Program-made: the position numbers and the translations under genes
The notes under the pieces: generated by a model
Database searches by the model: none
What the model was told of the DNA's origin: nothing
What the model saw: only the letters and a program-made list of their open reading frames with translations
Assembly (NCBI RefSeq): GCF_036321535.1
Contig: NC_087437.1
Coordinates: forward strand, 82,648,001 to 82,712,000
Direction: 5' to 3'
Length of the DNA: 64,000 nt
Source of the DNA: Camelus dromedarius
Lineage: Eukaryota
Part shown: positions 1 through 12,925 of the stretch, piece by piece
Layout of the letters: every line of letters starts with the position of its first letter
How positions within the stretch are numbered: the first letter of the stretch is position 1

Positions 1-2762
1 AGTATTCATCTCATTCTGTCTGACTTAATCTCAAATGTCCTCACAGTCCATCCATGTTGTCACAAATGGCAGGATTCCCATCTTTCTTATGGCTGAAAAA
101 TATTTATGTGTGTGTGTGCACGCATTTGTGTGTGTGTGTGTGTATCACTAATTCTTTATCCATTCATCTATTGATGGACATTTAGGTTCTTTCCTTATCT
201 TGGCTATTGTGAATCATGCATATGTCTCTTCAGTATCCTGTATTCATTTCCTTTGGATGTATACCCAGAAGTGGGATTGCTGGTTCATACGATAGTTCTC
301 TTTTTGAAGAACTTCCATATTGTTTTCCATAGTGGCTGCACCAACTTATATTCTCACCAGCAGTGCACAAGGGTTGCCTTTTCTCCACATTCTCACCAGC
401 ATTTGCTAACTCTTGTCTCCTTGATTTTAGCCATTCTAACAGGAATGAAGTGATAGATATCTCACTATGGTTTTGATTTGCATTTACTTAATGATTAGTG
501 ACATTGAACATCTTTTTATATACCTGTTGGCCATTTATATGTCTACTTTGGGAAAATGTCTATTTAGTTCCTCTGCCCATTTTAAAAATCAGATTGTTTT
601 TTCTTGTTATTATTAAGTTGTATGAGTTTTTATGTATTTTGGATATTACCTGCTTATCTGATATATGGTTTGCAAATATTTTCTCCCATTCTGTAGGTTG
701 TCTTTTTATTTTGTTGGTCATTTATTTTGCTGTGCACAAGCATTTAAGTTTGATGGAATTCTGCTTATTGATTTTTGCTTTTGTTGTTTGTGCTTTTGGT
801 GTCATATCCAAAAAAGTCAATATTGAGGACCTTCTTCCCTATATTTTCTCCTAAGAGTATTATGATTTCAGGTCTTATGTTTAAGTCTTTGATCCTTTTA
901 GAGTTAATTCTTGTGAGTAGTATAGGATAGGGGTCTAATTTTAAGTTTCTGCATGTGGTTATTCACTGTTCCCATCACCATTTGTTGAAGAGACTATGCT
1001 TTCCCCATTGGGTGTTCTAGGCTCACTTGTCAAATATTAGCTGACCATATATATGGGGGTTTAATTCTGGACTTTCTGTTCTATTCCATTGGTCTACACA
1101 TCTATTTTTATGTCAGTACCATACTATTTTTACTATATAGCTTTGTAGTATAGCTTGAAATTAGGAAATGATGCCTCCAGCTTTGTTTGTCTTTCTCAGG
1201 GTTGTTTTGACTGTTTAGGATCTTCTATGGTTTCTTATAAACTTTAGGATTTTTTTCTATTTATGTAAAAATCACCATGGAAATTTTAATAGGGATTGTA
1301 TTGAATCTACAGATGGCTTTGTGTAATATTGACATTTTAACAATATTAATCTTCTGATCAGTTAACATGAGTTGTATTTCCATTTGTCTGTGTCTCCTTC
1401 AGTTTCTTTCAGTACAGTCTTGTAGTTTTCAGTGTAGAGATCTTTCACTTCATTTGTTAAATTTATTCCTTGGTATTTTATTTTTTTGATGTTGTTCGGA
1501 ATGGGATAGTTTTCTTTCTTTTTTGGAGGTTTCATTGTTAGTTTATAGAAATTCAGCTAATTTCTGTACATTGATTTTATATCCTGCAACTTTACTGAAT
1601 TCATTGATTAGTTCTAGCAGTTTTTTGGGGTTTTATTTTTTGGTTAAGTCTTTAGCATTTTTTGTAGGTATAAAATCATAGCATTTTCAGATGACAACAG
1701 TTTTAGTTCTTCATTTCCAATTTGGATGCTTTTCATTTCTTTGTCTTGCATTATTGTCTAGCTAGGACCTCCAATACTATATTGAATAAGAGTGGTGAGA
1801 GTGGGCACCATTTGTCTTGTACCTAATCTTAGAGAAAAACTCTTAATTTTTCTTGATTGAGTATAATGTTAGCTGTGAGTCTGTCATACATGGCCTTTAT
1901 TATGTTGAGATATGTTCCTTCTATACCCAGTCTTTTGAGGGTTTTTATAATGAAAGGATTTTGTATTTTGTCAAATGCTTTTTCTGCATCTATTGAGATT
2001 ATTGTATGATTTTTTTTCTCTCATTCTATTAATGTGGTGTATCACATTTATTGATTTACATGCATTGAACTATTCTTGCATCTGGGGATAAATCCCACTT
2101 GGTCATGGTTTATAATGCTTTTAATGTGTTCTTGAATTTGGTTTGCTAGTATTTTGTTGAAAATTTCTATATCTATCTTCATCAGGGTTATTGATCTATA
2201 AATTCTCTTGTAGTATTCTTATCTGGTTTGGGTATGAGGTGATACTGGCCTCGTATATTAAGTTTGGAAGTGTTCCTTCCTCTTCAATTCTTTGGAAGAG
2301 TTTGAAAAGAATTGTTATTAATTCTGCTTTAAACATTTGATAGAATTCATTGTGAAGTTGTTTGGTCCTGTGTTTTTCTGTGTTAGGAGGTTTTTGATTA
2401 CTGATTCAATTTCTTTACTTGTTATTGGTCTGTTCATATTTTTTATTTTTTGATTCAGTTTTGGAAGGTTGCTTGTTTCTAGGAATTTATCCACTTATTC
2501 TAGATTATCTAATTGCTCAGAATAGTCTTTTATGATCCTATATATTTATCTAGTATTAGTAATGTCTCCTCTTTCATTTCTGATTTAATTTATTTGAGTC
2601 TTCTCTCTTTTTTTTCATTGTTAGTCTAGCTAAAGTTCCTTCAGTTTTGTTTATCTTTCTAAAACTCATAATTTCATTGATCTTTCCCATTATTTTTCTG
2701 GTCTATATTTCACATATTTCTGCTCTGATCTTTATTATTTCTTTTCTTGCACTAACTTTGGT
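1..2762 (-). mobile_element. LINE-1 fragment (3' half of ORF2), degraded, 5'-truncated, continues beyond the window start
   Basis: Continuous antisense L1 ORF2 sequence, e.g. 'gccattctaacaggaatgaagtgatagatatctcactatggttttgatttgcattt', 'gatgcctccagctttgtttgtctttctcagg', 'gagtggtgagagtgggcacc'. Many stops and frameshifts; TG microsatellite at ~107-143. Confidence 0.95.
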
Positions 2763-3070
2763 GAATGGATTCTGATGAGTATAACATTATCAACCTTTCC
2801 AAAGTGATAGGTCCAGGATGGATTTTCATTTTTATAGGAATATCTGATTGAGACTCTCCTGGCTCAGAGAGAAAGAGAATAACCTTGTAAAACTCTTCCC
2901 AGGGATGAAGTAAAATATTGTGCCACCCAACACTTTAATCAAATGATAGTAGCTGTCTATGGTAGCTAAATGACAATTCATTTTACAAATTCAGTGCAGC
3001 ATAGGTGCCCACCCCATTCAGCCAGTACACAGAATTTCTATCCAAAAGCCAAAATTGCCGTGAAGACATT

Positions 3071-3950
3071 TGTGGCAGAAACTGCTAAGTACCAACCTAA
3101 TATACATTTTCCCCATCTTGCTTACAAACAAAGCCCTGATTTTATTCTAGGTGGCAATGTGCCTAGCTTAAAAATTACATTTCCCAGCCTCGCTTGAAGA
3201 CATGGGTGTCTGGGAAATCTTCTTAAAGGGGCACTTATTCATCTGGGTAAGAGAGGAATTCTTTCCCTTTTTTCTTTTCCCCCTTCTTCCTTCATATTAC
3301 CTGGAACTCAGATGTAATCACTGGTGCTCCAGCAGCCATCTTACATCAGAAAGAGATCCTGAAGCTGAGGTTGGTGTCTTAGTTAACTCAGGATACCATA
3401 ACAAAACAGCACAAAGTGGGTGGCTTAAACAATAGGTATTTATTTTCTCACAGTTCTGGAAGCTGGAATTCCAAGATCAGGGTGCCAGCATGGTTAGTTT
3501 CTAGTGAGACCTCTCTTTTCAGGCTTGTAGGCATCTGCTATATTTCTGTGTTCTCACATGACCTCTTCTTTGTGTGCTTAGGGCTCTGGGGGTGGAGGAA
3601 CATTCAGGTATCTCTTCTTTTAAAGACATTAATCCTATCATACGGTAGCCCTACTCTTATAACCTCAGTTAACCTAATTCCCTCCTTACAGGCCTTGTCT
3701 CTAAATACAGACACATTGGAGATTAGGGCTTCAATGCATTAATTTGGCGGGGGGGACACAGTTCAGCCCATAGCAGATTGGTACCAGAATTTTAGTAGAT
3801 TCTTATGACACTGGTGCTATCATGAAGCCACCAGATAGCCCTTGACAGCCTATCTCTGAATTTCCTTTACATGAGGCAAAAAAAAAATCTGCTATCTTGT
3901 TTGAGTCATGTATTTTGGATTCCTATTATATTAAATCAAACCTAATTGCA
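3071..3950. mobile_element. Old MaLR LTR (MLT1J/K-like), split by a younger MLT1 LTR
   Basis: Motifs 'ggtggcaatgtgcctagc..aaaattacatttcccagcctc', 'ggtgctccagcagccatctt', 'atcttgtttgagtcatgtattttggattcct' on either side of the 3375-3775 LTR. Confidence 0.6.
3375..3775 (-). mobile_element. MaLR solo LTR (MLT1A/B-like)
   Basis: TG...CA ends; 'ggtggcttaaacaataggtatttattttctcacagttctggaagctggaattccaagatcagggtgccagca' and end 'gggggacacagttcagcccatagca'. Confidence 0.85.
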
Positions 3951-3959
3951 AATCATATA

Positions 3960-4530
3960 TATTCATCTATTCACTTAACCAAAAAACATTTGAACATGTA
4001 TTGTCTACTGGGCACTATGCTGAGTGTTAAGAACTAGAGATAATACAAATCAGATAGATTCCCTGCCTCTGATGTGCTCACAGATTTATGGAGGAGACAA
4101 ACATAAATATACATCTTAAATTTTTAGTCTTATAGAATAGTCAAAAACAGAAGGTGAACAAAGTAGTCAAAGAAATCTTGGCTTGGAAGTTTGGGCAAAA
4201 CTACCCAGAGCTAAGATTTGAAACTGCCCTTGAAGGACATGTGGAATTTCAGAAGTTTAGAGGTTGGAGTATTCCATACATAGGAAGCAGTAAGAGCCAA
4301 GGAATGGGGGGAACGACCACTGGACAGTGGAAAGTTAGATTTTAGGGATTAACCTCATAGCAATGTGACACACTGAAGATTCCATTAAAAGTGATAAAGG
4401 TGATGTTAAAGGGTAATGCTATTAGATTCACATTTTTGGAAGATTATTGTGGAGGTGGACTGGAAGCAGGTGGACTAGGTGGAGGACCACTATAATAATA
4501 CTAACAAAAGATGATGAAGATATGAGCAAA
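3960..4530 (-). mobile_element. L2 fragments
   Basis: 'attcatctattcacttaacc..catttgaacatgtattgtctactgggcactatgctgagtg', followed by purine-rich L2-like sequence. Confidence 0.6.
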
Positions 4531-5979
4531 GCCAAGGGACAACATATTGACTCCATCCATTTTAGTTTCAATCCAACTTTTCAAATGAGCCAATAACCAT
4601 CTGCAGATTAGCTTGCACGAACCACCAGGCTCTAACCCAGTACTATAGGAAAATGTTTTATCCCATTAAATAGCATTTCTGGAAAAAAGTTTTTAACTGC
4701 TGTCATTAGGCATATGTAGAAGAATTTTGATGAAGTTATCAAGAGGCAAGTCTTCTGAACATTCCTGTGGCAAGTGCAGGCCTTCTACTTGCTGCCTACT
4801 CTCCTTGAGTTCTTGGGCTTTTTCCATATTAACATCTCCCTACCTAGACCAGTGGCCCTCAGGAAGGTTGCTCTGGACTCTGGCCTGTTAACTTGGGTCT
4901 ACTCTCTTACCTTCTGTCTTCCTATCACACTCCCTCAAATGGATCTCCTTGGATATGATACCATGTCTCCTTGGATATGAAATAATGTAACTGCCATCTC
5001 GGTATCAAACTTCTGAAATTATAGATAAATTATCCTATGTTCCTAGTATAGAGTCTAATTAGATATTGATACCTGTTTGATTCTGAACTGTGAGAAACAT
5101 GTTGTTATGGTTGGCACCTCTCTGGGAGTGCTATTTCTACTCCTATTTTTCCCCTCAACATAATCTTGCCCTGTTTTCTTGCCCACTTGCATTCCTCTAG
5201 CATTGGATGGCAGCCTACATTAATCTCTTTCTGGGAAATGAAGCTGATAAATAGGAATATATCATAATGGCAGAATGAAGACAAGTTAGTGGCCAATCAG
5301 AATGTCAAATTGGAAGAAAAGCACAAAAAGGTCAGGTTTTCTTTGACACCAACAATGAGGGCATATTTTATGATATTTCTTTGAAAATCACAAAGAGCAG
5401 AGTGCAAATACAATGCACTTATAGTTTATAGTTCTGTGCCTTACCTCATTCATTGATGAAGCATGCAATATTTTTTTCTTAAATTTCAAACTTGTTGATC
5501 ACTTTTGGATTGCAGATTTATTTTATCTAAGCATATCCTTAATGTCTAAATCCACACATCAGTTACACACAGACACATTCCACATATGATTTTATTTGAA
5601 GGCAAACCATGTGAAGGATAAAAGTGGGAGACTCCAAAGAAAATGTGACTTCTTTCCAAGAAGTCCACTGTGCTCTGACTTCAAATATTGACTTTTTTTC
5701 TGGAAATTTCCTGTTGTTCAAATTGTCTACATACCAAGCTAGGTTCTCAGCTGGAACACCCAAAATCAGGGACATGTCTATACATGTTTTTAAGGTTCAT
5801 TCACATTTTGTTTGAAAGGTGCAATAAATCAACCTAATTTAAATCACTCCATAAACTCAAATGCCTGTATAAACTTTCCCTTTGAATATAAGCCATAAGG
5901 ATATACTTTAACGTTATTCACTTTTTCTATTTCAGTATTGTTTCAAGAGTTCAATGTGTGTTTATTTACATTGTTGATT

Positions 5980-6150
5980 TATTTATTCATTCACCCATTC
6001 AACAAGCATATATTGGACATCTACTGTGTGGCAGATCTTATATTGGGAAGTGTGGAGATAATCAAGATTAATAAGATTAATCTTAAAGAGATTAATATCA
6101 ATAGAAATTAATAATTCTCTATGTTTAAAGGGCTCTCAGTTTGGCAGGAG
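5980..6150 (-). mobile_element. L2 3' end fragment
   Basis: 'ttcattcacccattcaacaagcatatattggacatctactgtgtggcag'. Confidence 0.6.
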
Positions 6151-6164
6151 AGCTAATATCATCA

Positions 6165-6295
6165 TTCATTCTTGTAGGGCTTTGTAGTTTACAAAGCATT
6201 TTCAAAGCATTCTTACATTCAAAATATATTGTAACAACCAGATGAATTAGGCAAGGTAGGCGTTATTAACCCTGTTTTATAGATGGGACAACTGC
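6165..6295 (-). mobile_element. MIR SINE fragment
   Basis: MIR core-like 'aggtaggcgttattaaccctgttttatagatgggacaactg'. Confidence 0.65.
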
Positions 6296-6337
6296 ATCAT
6301 CTCTCATGAAGACCTACTTTACGCTTAATGACCATGA

Positions 6338-6515
6338 CAGTAGATTTCAACCCAAATACAATGAGAATCATCTGGGAGGTTTAAAAAGCTGACCAGTGCC
6401 TGGGCCCCACCTCCAGAGATTCAGATTTTATTGATCTAGGGTGAGACCTTGGCATGGGCAATTTTTTAAAGTTCATAAGTTGATTCCACTATGCAGCCAT
6501 GGTTGGAAATGCTGC
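6338..6515. mobile_element. MER5A-like hAT-Charlie MITE
   Basis: 'agaatcatctgggaggtttaaaaa..tgcctgggccccacctccagagattcagattttattgatctagggtgagacc..atgcagccatggttggaaatgctg'. Confidence 0.8.
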
Positions 6516-6603
6516 TTTCGTTTTACCAAACTGCTTGTGGTTCTCCTTGTCTCCCAACTCTGTCTTTGGTCCTTTATCCCTGTACTTATTGCTTGATACC
6601 GGA

Positions 6604-6604
<1 letters not shown>

Positions 6605-6642
<38 letters not shown>
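6605..6642 (+). repeat. (TACA)n/(CA)n microsatellite
   Basis: Direct reading. Confidence 0.95.
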
Positions 6643-7479
6643 GCCTTGAACTGTGTCATATTCATCTTTTAAGCCCAGTTCCTAGTGCATTACCTTATGC
6701 ACAAAAGAAGCTAAATGAGAGTTCTTGAACTAATGTCAACTTGATCACAAAACATGCTAATTTGTGTTATCTCATCATGGTCTCCCTCATCAAGAGATAA
6801 AATCTTTTATCTGATCAGGTCAGCTAGTTCAGTTTTGTCCCTTACTTGCTAAGGACCTGCATTGTTTCCTGGGTCAAGGCAAAAGGACAAGTTAAGTGGT
6901 GCTATGATGTGCTAAAGTCAAAATCACTCCTCCCCACTAATTCCCATCCTTTCATACCCCAACTCTCTCTCCCCTTGCTACACTTCACAGAAGAGAAAGG
7001 GATGTGGCCCTTGACCTCCAGCTTCCCACCTCATCCAGCCAAGGTTGCTGTCAGACACCTCACCAGATCTTCATTAAAACACTATTTGTCCCACAAGCCC
7101 TTACAGATACACCTAGCTGGGTCAAAATTCAAAATGCATACCTTGTTTAGGCCTTAACTCTGGAATCTATAACATCTACCCAATACTCAGGAAATTTATG
7201 TCTAAATAATACAAAATCAAGTACTTTTATCCTGCAAACTATCAGTATCTCTGAAATAATTTCTAAAAATTAATCCCGTAATAGAAATACTAGAAATACT
7301 TTATCCTAGTTTCTGGGCTTAAAACTGACTGCTTATTTGATTACAAATAGTAATTTTTATAAATATCTGTAGACTAAAGTTGTTAAACATGCTGCTGATT
7401 TTGCAAAATTGACGTATACTACAGATGTGTGTGGTATGTCTCAATATGTCTGTGTCTGTGTGTAGTGTATGTCATATAC

Positions 7480-7910
7480 ACTGACAGAAAACATGGTATC
7501 TCTGAATTAGAGAACAGACAGATTATTCTCACAGAGCATCTTAGCTCCATTTCCCCTGAGGACACCAGGACGAGGATCAGTTGTTTACCTAAGCATCCAT
7601 GAGATTGGCATCAGAGGAGAGAAACCCTGAAATTATGACTCAAAGCTTATATAGAGCAGCTGGCATATCTGCCCCTCCCTCTTCCTCTCCAGAGAGAGAG
7701 CATTTCAGTCTGAAATGTAACCACATTTTCTCTGGGGAATGGAAGAGAAGGGCTGTACCCTAGAATGTAAACAATTGGCTCTGGGGAGATAAATCTTTAA
7801 ATATCTCTGGAGCAATGCACAATGTCTATCTTCTAGCATTTAGGATTCAGTCATAAAACTTAATCTATGCAAAAATATGAAAATATCCATGGAGAATTAT
7901 CTACCAAGAA
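7480..7910 (-). mobile_element. Possible degraded ERV LTR
   Basis: LTR-like composition, antisense TATA-like 'cttatatagag', internal repeats of 'aatgtaa' and 'ctctgggga'. Family not assigned. Confidence 0.35.
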
Positions 7911-9489
7911 AAATGTACACAGATATTTTCTGTAGATATTTTGGAACAATAGACCAGCATCCTTACTTCTTTGAAGTTGATATTTCATGAATTTCCACAA
8001 ATTCTAGAAGCTAAGCTAAAAGTAGCCACATATCGACAGGTACAGCACATCTGTAACAAGGCCAGTTTCCCCACACCTGAGATCCTGGACCAAGGCATGA
8101 GAATAACCTGCTGTTTTTCTGCCAGGTTGTTGAACATTCTGGATATAGTGGGATGTCAAAGTGAAATGGGTTTCTAGTTTGCTAACGCGTCTTTTACTGT
8201 GAAGGGAGGAATTTCCATTTCCTATCTCCTCATGAAATCTGTCAGTTTCCATACTCACTCTCAGTTTTCCAGTCACTTTCAGTTGCCAAGAAGTCCAGTC
8301 CAATTTAATCATTTCAAACTTTTAACCTCATAGCCTCCCTTCCCCCAGCTCATCTTTAGCTGTGGCCTGAAGAATACAGAATGAATAAGGAACATGGGGT
8401 GTTCCTAGAACAACCCCCAGCCCTTCTGTGTGTCCCTTTCACTTTTGGCATATTGGGAGGAGAAATGGAAGGTCATAAGCAAATGTTCCTTACCTATCTC
8501 TTGCTACAGTAGTAGTCTCCTCTGTGAGATGATCTTGATTGGGTGGTTCTCTAATGGGCACATAAGTGGGTTCTTTAGAGGACCCTTGAGGGGACTTCCA
8601 GATGCACAGTTTCTGCATGAAAGATTTGTTCCAGCTTGACACTTTCAGGCTCTATCAGCTCCTTCTTATAGTGATCTTGCTTCTGGGTTGCCTTTGCCTG
8701 GAAGACCTTAGATACACGAGCACTGCATCCATCCTGTCGTGACAAATAGTGGAAGTGAGGTGAACTCTTGCTCCACTCCTGTCCCCTTCCTCAGTCCTTT
8801 CCCCATCTCTCTGGTCCATATCTCTCCAGTTCCCTTTCTTTTGCTCAGTTCGACACAGGGGTGTTTAGTCAGTCCACTGTCTGGACATATGTCCCTCCAG
8901 ACTCTGAGATGCCAGGCTCCCATTATGGCTGACTCCTCCAGACTCTAGAAGTGATTCTCTTGGGTCTCTTGATCTGGGGACCACAAGGAAGCTCTATTCT
9001 ACCTCCTCCATCGGGGGAAAAGGAGAAGTTCCAGCTCTTTCATCTTAGATGCAGACATTCTCAAAGTTCTCTGGTCTGCTCATATAGACTAGCGGGCAGG
9101 GGACATTGATGTTTGAAGTAAAAGAGCCAGGTTGGTCACCTTTTAATAAGACCTGAAGAAGTCTGGCCCCAATAGAACTTACTAATTAAGCTTGTTAGAA
9201 CATTAGGCAGGCTGACCTGTTGTTTTCTTCTTGTTCACATAGTTATTCTATATATTGTAGTTTCTGGTCTTATACTTTGCTTCTGATTCATGTAAGTGCT
9301 TTCTTTTCACTTAGCTCACCTAGTATTCTGCCTTCTGTCATTCAAAACTTTCTCAAAAACTATTACTCTTCCTAGGCTAAGTAATAAATTAACTTTACAC
9401 TACCTAATGCTAAAAGTGATTAGCACTAAAGAATGTTTCAGCCAGAAAGGATTGTCATGAACTCAGTCCACATCTCTCCATGAACTGGT

Positions 9490-9590
9490 AACAACAGTGG
9501 ACTTCAAAAGGTGAAATTGTTTATCCAAGCTCACTGAGTCAGTTAGTGGCAAAGATGCAACCAGAATCTTAGCCTCCTGACTTCTGAAAG
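9490..9590 (-). mobile_element. MIR fragment
   Basis: 'aggtgaaattgtttatccaagctcactgagtcagttagtggcaaagatg..cctcctgactt'. Confidence 0.6.
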
Positions 9591-10879
9591 GAGAAATTCC
9601 CCAATACTTCATGATGTTTTCTCGTGCCCAAGTCAACATGTCCCAAAACAAAATTCACATGGACCAAAAACATCCAACTAATTACACTTATTTGATGACA
9701 TACCCACTGAATACCATGACCTTAAAGGGGCATGAAAAAGATTACATACCATTAATGATCAAAGAGTCACTTTCTATGTTTTATAATGTCATAAGCCATG
9801 TGTTCTGTGAAGTCAGGCAAGTTAAATACTCACGCTGAGTCATACTTAAAAATTGGCAGAATGTGTTTGGGATGCACTTGGGAAAAACATCGCTACACAA
9901 AAGTGTGTATTCAGAAGAGACAGCAAGTTTGGCGTAAGACCATAGAAATCGAGTTTCCGGGCAAAGTGTGTCATTTTGCAGCTGTTTCCTGCATCTGCAA
10001 CAACCTCTCTATAGCTGACCAGTTTTAGCTGTAGGTGTCAGGATGTAACCTGAGTTTTTGTCTAGTGATGACTCCTCTGGGGTACTAGGGAATTTTAGTT
10101 CAAGCAATCACTAAAATATCTGTATTAAGCTATTTTAAGAGGTACCAAGATCAGTGTATAAAAGCTATACCCCAAAAGCATTTTTCTACAAGTTTCAAGA
10201 GGTTAGACTAACTTTGCCAAAACATTTATGGGAAATATACTTTTCCTAGGAAAACTGAGGTGTGCCTATCTTTCAGGAATGTCTTTGGAAATATTTATGG
10301 GAGAGTAATCCTGACACAGGGGATAAGGAGTACAGCCCAAGAAAACAAATTTAATTCTATAAAATGGACATTCCCAAGTTCGAAGGCAAAGAGGCACAGG
10401 GCATAGCAAGAAAACTGCATGTATGGACTAGGAGACTTATAGAGTGTTTGTATTTGTAGTGATATGGTTCCTCAGCCCAGCTTCCCTATTTGGTCTCATT
10501 CGTTTAACTATTTTGAACTCCTAACTTCTGCTAGTAGTGGGAATATAAGAATATTATATAAGACATGGCCTCTACCATGTAGGAATTCATTGCCTCTTTG
10601 GGAGATGAATTTGTACACCAGTCACTACAATGCAGACATTAATAGCAATGCCTCCTGCATCTTGCTGTGTGTCTCTCTTGTTCCTTGGCTATGCTCCTGT
10701 CTTTCCTGCTACAGGTTAAGCTCTTAGGGAACCGTGATTGTGTTTTATTGATCTTTGAGGCCCTTGTAGTGCCTGGAAAAAGGCAAATATATCATAAATA
10801 ATAGGGATTACTTCGTCTGTGAATGAAGTTTTGTAGTCTGTCAAAAGCTTTTAAGTGCAAGAGACCTCTTGGCTAAGAG

Positions 10880-11030
10880 CCACTGTAACCCTATGGGATG
10901 GGCAGAGCCTAAATTCCCATTTCATAGTCAATGAAAATCAGGTTCAGAGAGCTCAAATTGGCTTCCAAGATAATAAGTGGCAGAAGTGGGATTATAGCCT
11001 GTCTTCCCATCCCTCATATCCCTGTGCCGT
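10880..11030 (-). mobile_element. MIR fragment
   Basis: 'cccatttcatagtcaatgaaaatcaggttcagagag..taagtggcagaagtgggatt'. Confidence 0.55.
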
Positions 11031-11599
11031 CTCCTTAGTTTGTTATATGTGATCTGTGTGATGGATGTTTGGAAAAGAGAGAGACCATGTGAGTGCTCAG
11101 AAAGACTTCGTGAAAAAGATGGCATTGAGCTTTAAGCTTCACTTCAGAACTTCCGCATTATTAGCTATATTTCAGCTAACATTTTTGGCCATTTTATTAT
11201 TTTTTTCTGCATCATATTGAAGATGTTATTTTAATTTGAAAGCTTTTAATGAAGATGATAATTTTTGTATATGGAGAATATTATTCTGAATATTGGTTGG
11301 TAGTATTTGATTTTCAACTCCTGAGTAATTGTTCGTCTGAAAATTTTAAGACTTAGATGCATATAATTTTATAGAGCTATAAGTGACAATAGAAATAACA
11401 GTAATGTGGGCCTAACATTTTGGCCACCCAGTGGCCTTTTTATGAGCCACTCACTGCCCACTTCCAACCATCCTCTCTGTTTTTGAATATTTTGCCTATT
11501 TGGTCCAAAGCCAAAGAAAATATAGTACCAGTCTTCAAGGAACTCAAAAACTAATGAGAGATGTGAATCTGTAAATAATTAAGTGTTCAGTGAATATAT

Positions 11600-12090
11600 C
11601 ATCTGCCTATCTTATGCTCTTTTAATCACCTTCATCCTGGTAAATTGGGTCACCGGTTCATCCAAATGCCCTTGTCTCAAGCCTAGACTTTATTCTTGCT
11701 TCCTCTTTCTCTCATACCCCCACACCCCACCCATTAGAATTTCACCAGCATGTCTCCTATACTTAATTAAAATAGCAATTATCACGCCCTCAGAAAGATA
11801 TTCCCTGATCTCTTAATTTAATGTAGCCACCCTTCCCAGCTTCTGATACCTTCTAGCCTCTTAAACTGCTTGATTTTATTCCTGGCACTATCACTATCTG
11901 AATCACATTATTTCAACCTTTATTTATTTATTTATTATTTTATACTAGAATGTATAAAAAAGTCCATGAGGGTAAGGACTTTGTATTATTCTCTGCTGTA
12001 TCTCAGCTACTAGAATACATAAAAGACTCTCAATAAATATTTGAATAGATGGATGAATGTGTGAACAAATAAATGACTAAATGGGTGATT
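11600..12090 (+). mobile_element. L2 3' region
   Basis: Typical L2 end 'ctagaatgt..ccatgagggtaaggactttgt..ctcaataaatatttgaatagatggatgaatg'. Confidence 0.75.
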
Positions 12091-12199
12091 ACATGAAGAA
12101 AATGATACAGTGGGGGTACAATGAAAAGGAATAACTCATTGTCTTTATGACTAATTTTATTTGTAATGTTTAAAAAAAAAGAAAAAAGAAAAGACAAGG

Positions 12200-12925
12200 A
12201 ATGACTAATTGTACCTGAAATAAAAGCTAAAGATAAGTGACAATGAGCCAGATTTTAAAACAGTGAGTAGAGGTTAACAGGACAGATTAGGTTGGGAGGA
12301 GCAGTGCTGGCTACGGAAACAAAGTAAGAGTGTATGTGGATGTTTCAGTGAGTGGTTAGAATACAGTGTGGATCAGAAATACCCAGAAATGAGGGCGTTT
12401 GTTAGACTCAGGCCATGTGTTAAAAGGCCTTGTATGCTTGCTAGGGATTTGGACTTGCTCTCTGGATGATATGGAGCAGATTTTAAAAACAGAAATACTG
12501 TGATCAGATCTGTGGTGGCCATGGATTGAATGCACTTTACAGAGAAGAGGAAAGAATCAAGGAGACAAATAAGGACATTTTTCCAATACTACCAACTGTG
12601 GGTTGAGTGATATTTCTGAAATCAAATGAAATGACAGAATTAAATGGCTGCATTTGAAGAAAGAGAGATGAAGAAAGTAAGAGTGAATTCCTAACATCTT
12701 TCTTGGGAATTGTGAAGAGGGTGATGGGTTAGTGAAAACAGGGAAGTCAGAAAATGAGGCAGAGAGACTGAAGAGAGATATGAGTTCAGTTTGAAGCAGC
12801 AGTACAACATCTGGCAGGTGAGATTGGTCAGGTAGTTGGATATTTGATTTTGAAGCTGAGAGAGAGAGAGAGACTAAACTTAAAAATAAGGGTTTATAGT
12901 CATTAGAGTATAGGTGGTAGTCAAA
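12200..12925 (-). mobile_element. L2 internal fragment
   Basis: 'aaggccttgtatgcttgctagggatttggacttgctct', 'atgagttcagtttgaag', 'ggtagttggatatttgattttgaagctgag'. Confidence 0.65.

Noticed and set aside
253..854. Hydrophobic plus-strand ORFs that look like membrane proteins (also 17016-17471, 40217-40899, 42007-42294, 44057-44494)
   Set aside because: They are antisense translations of A-rich L1 sequence, a well-known artefact.
8400..9200. Possible old LTR or Gypsy-like remnant
   Set aside because: Only compositional resemblance; no diagnostic motif or termini found.
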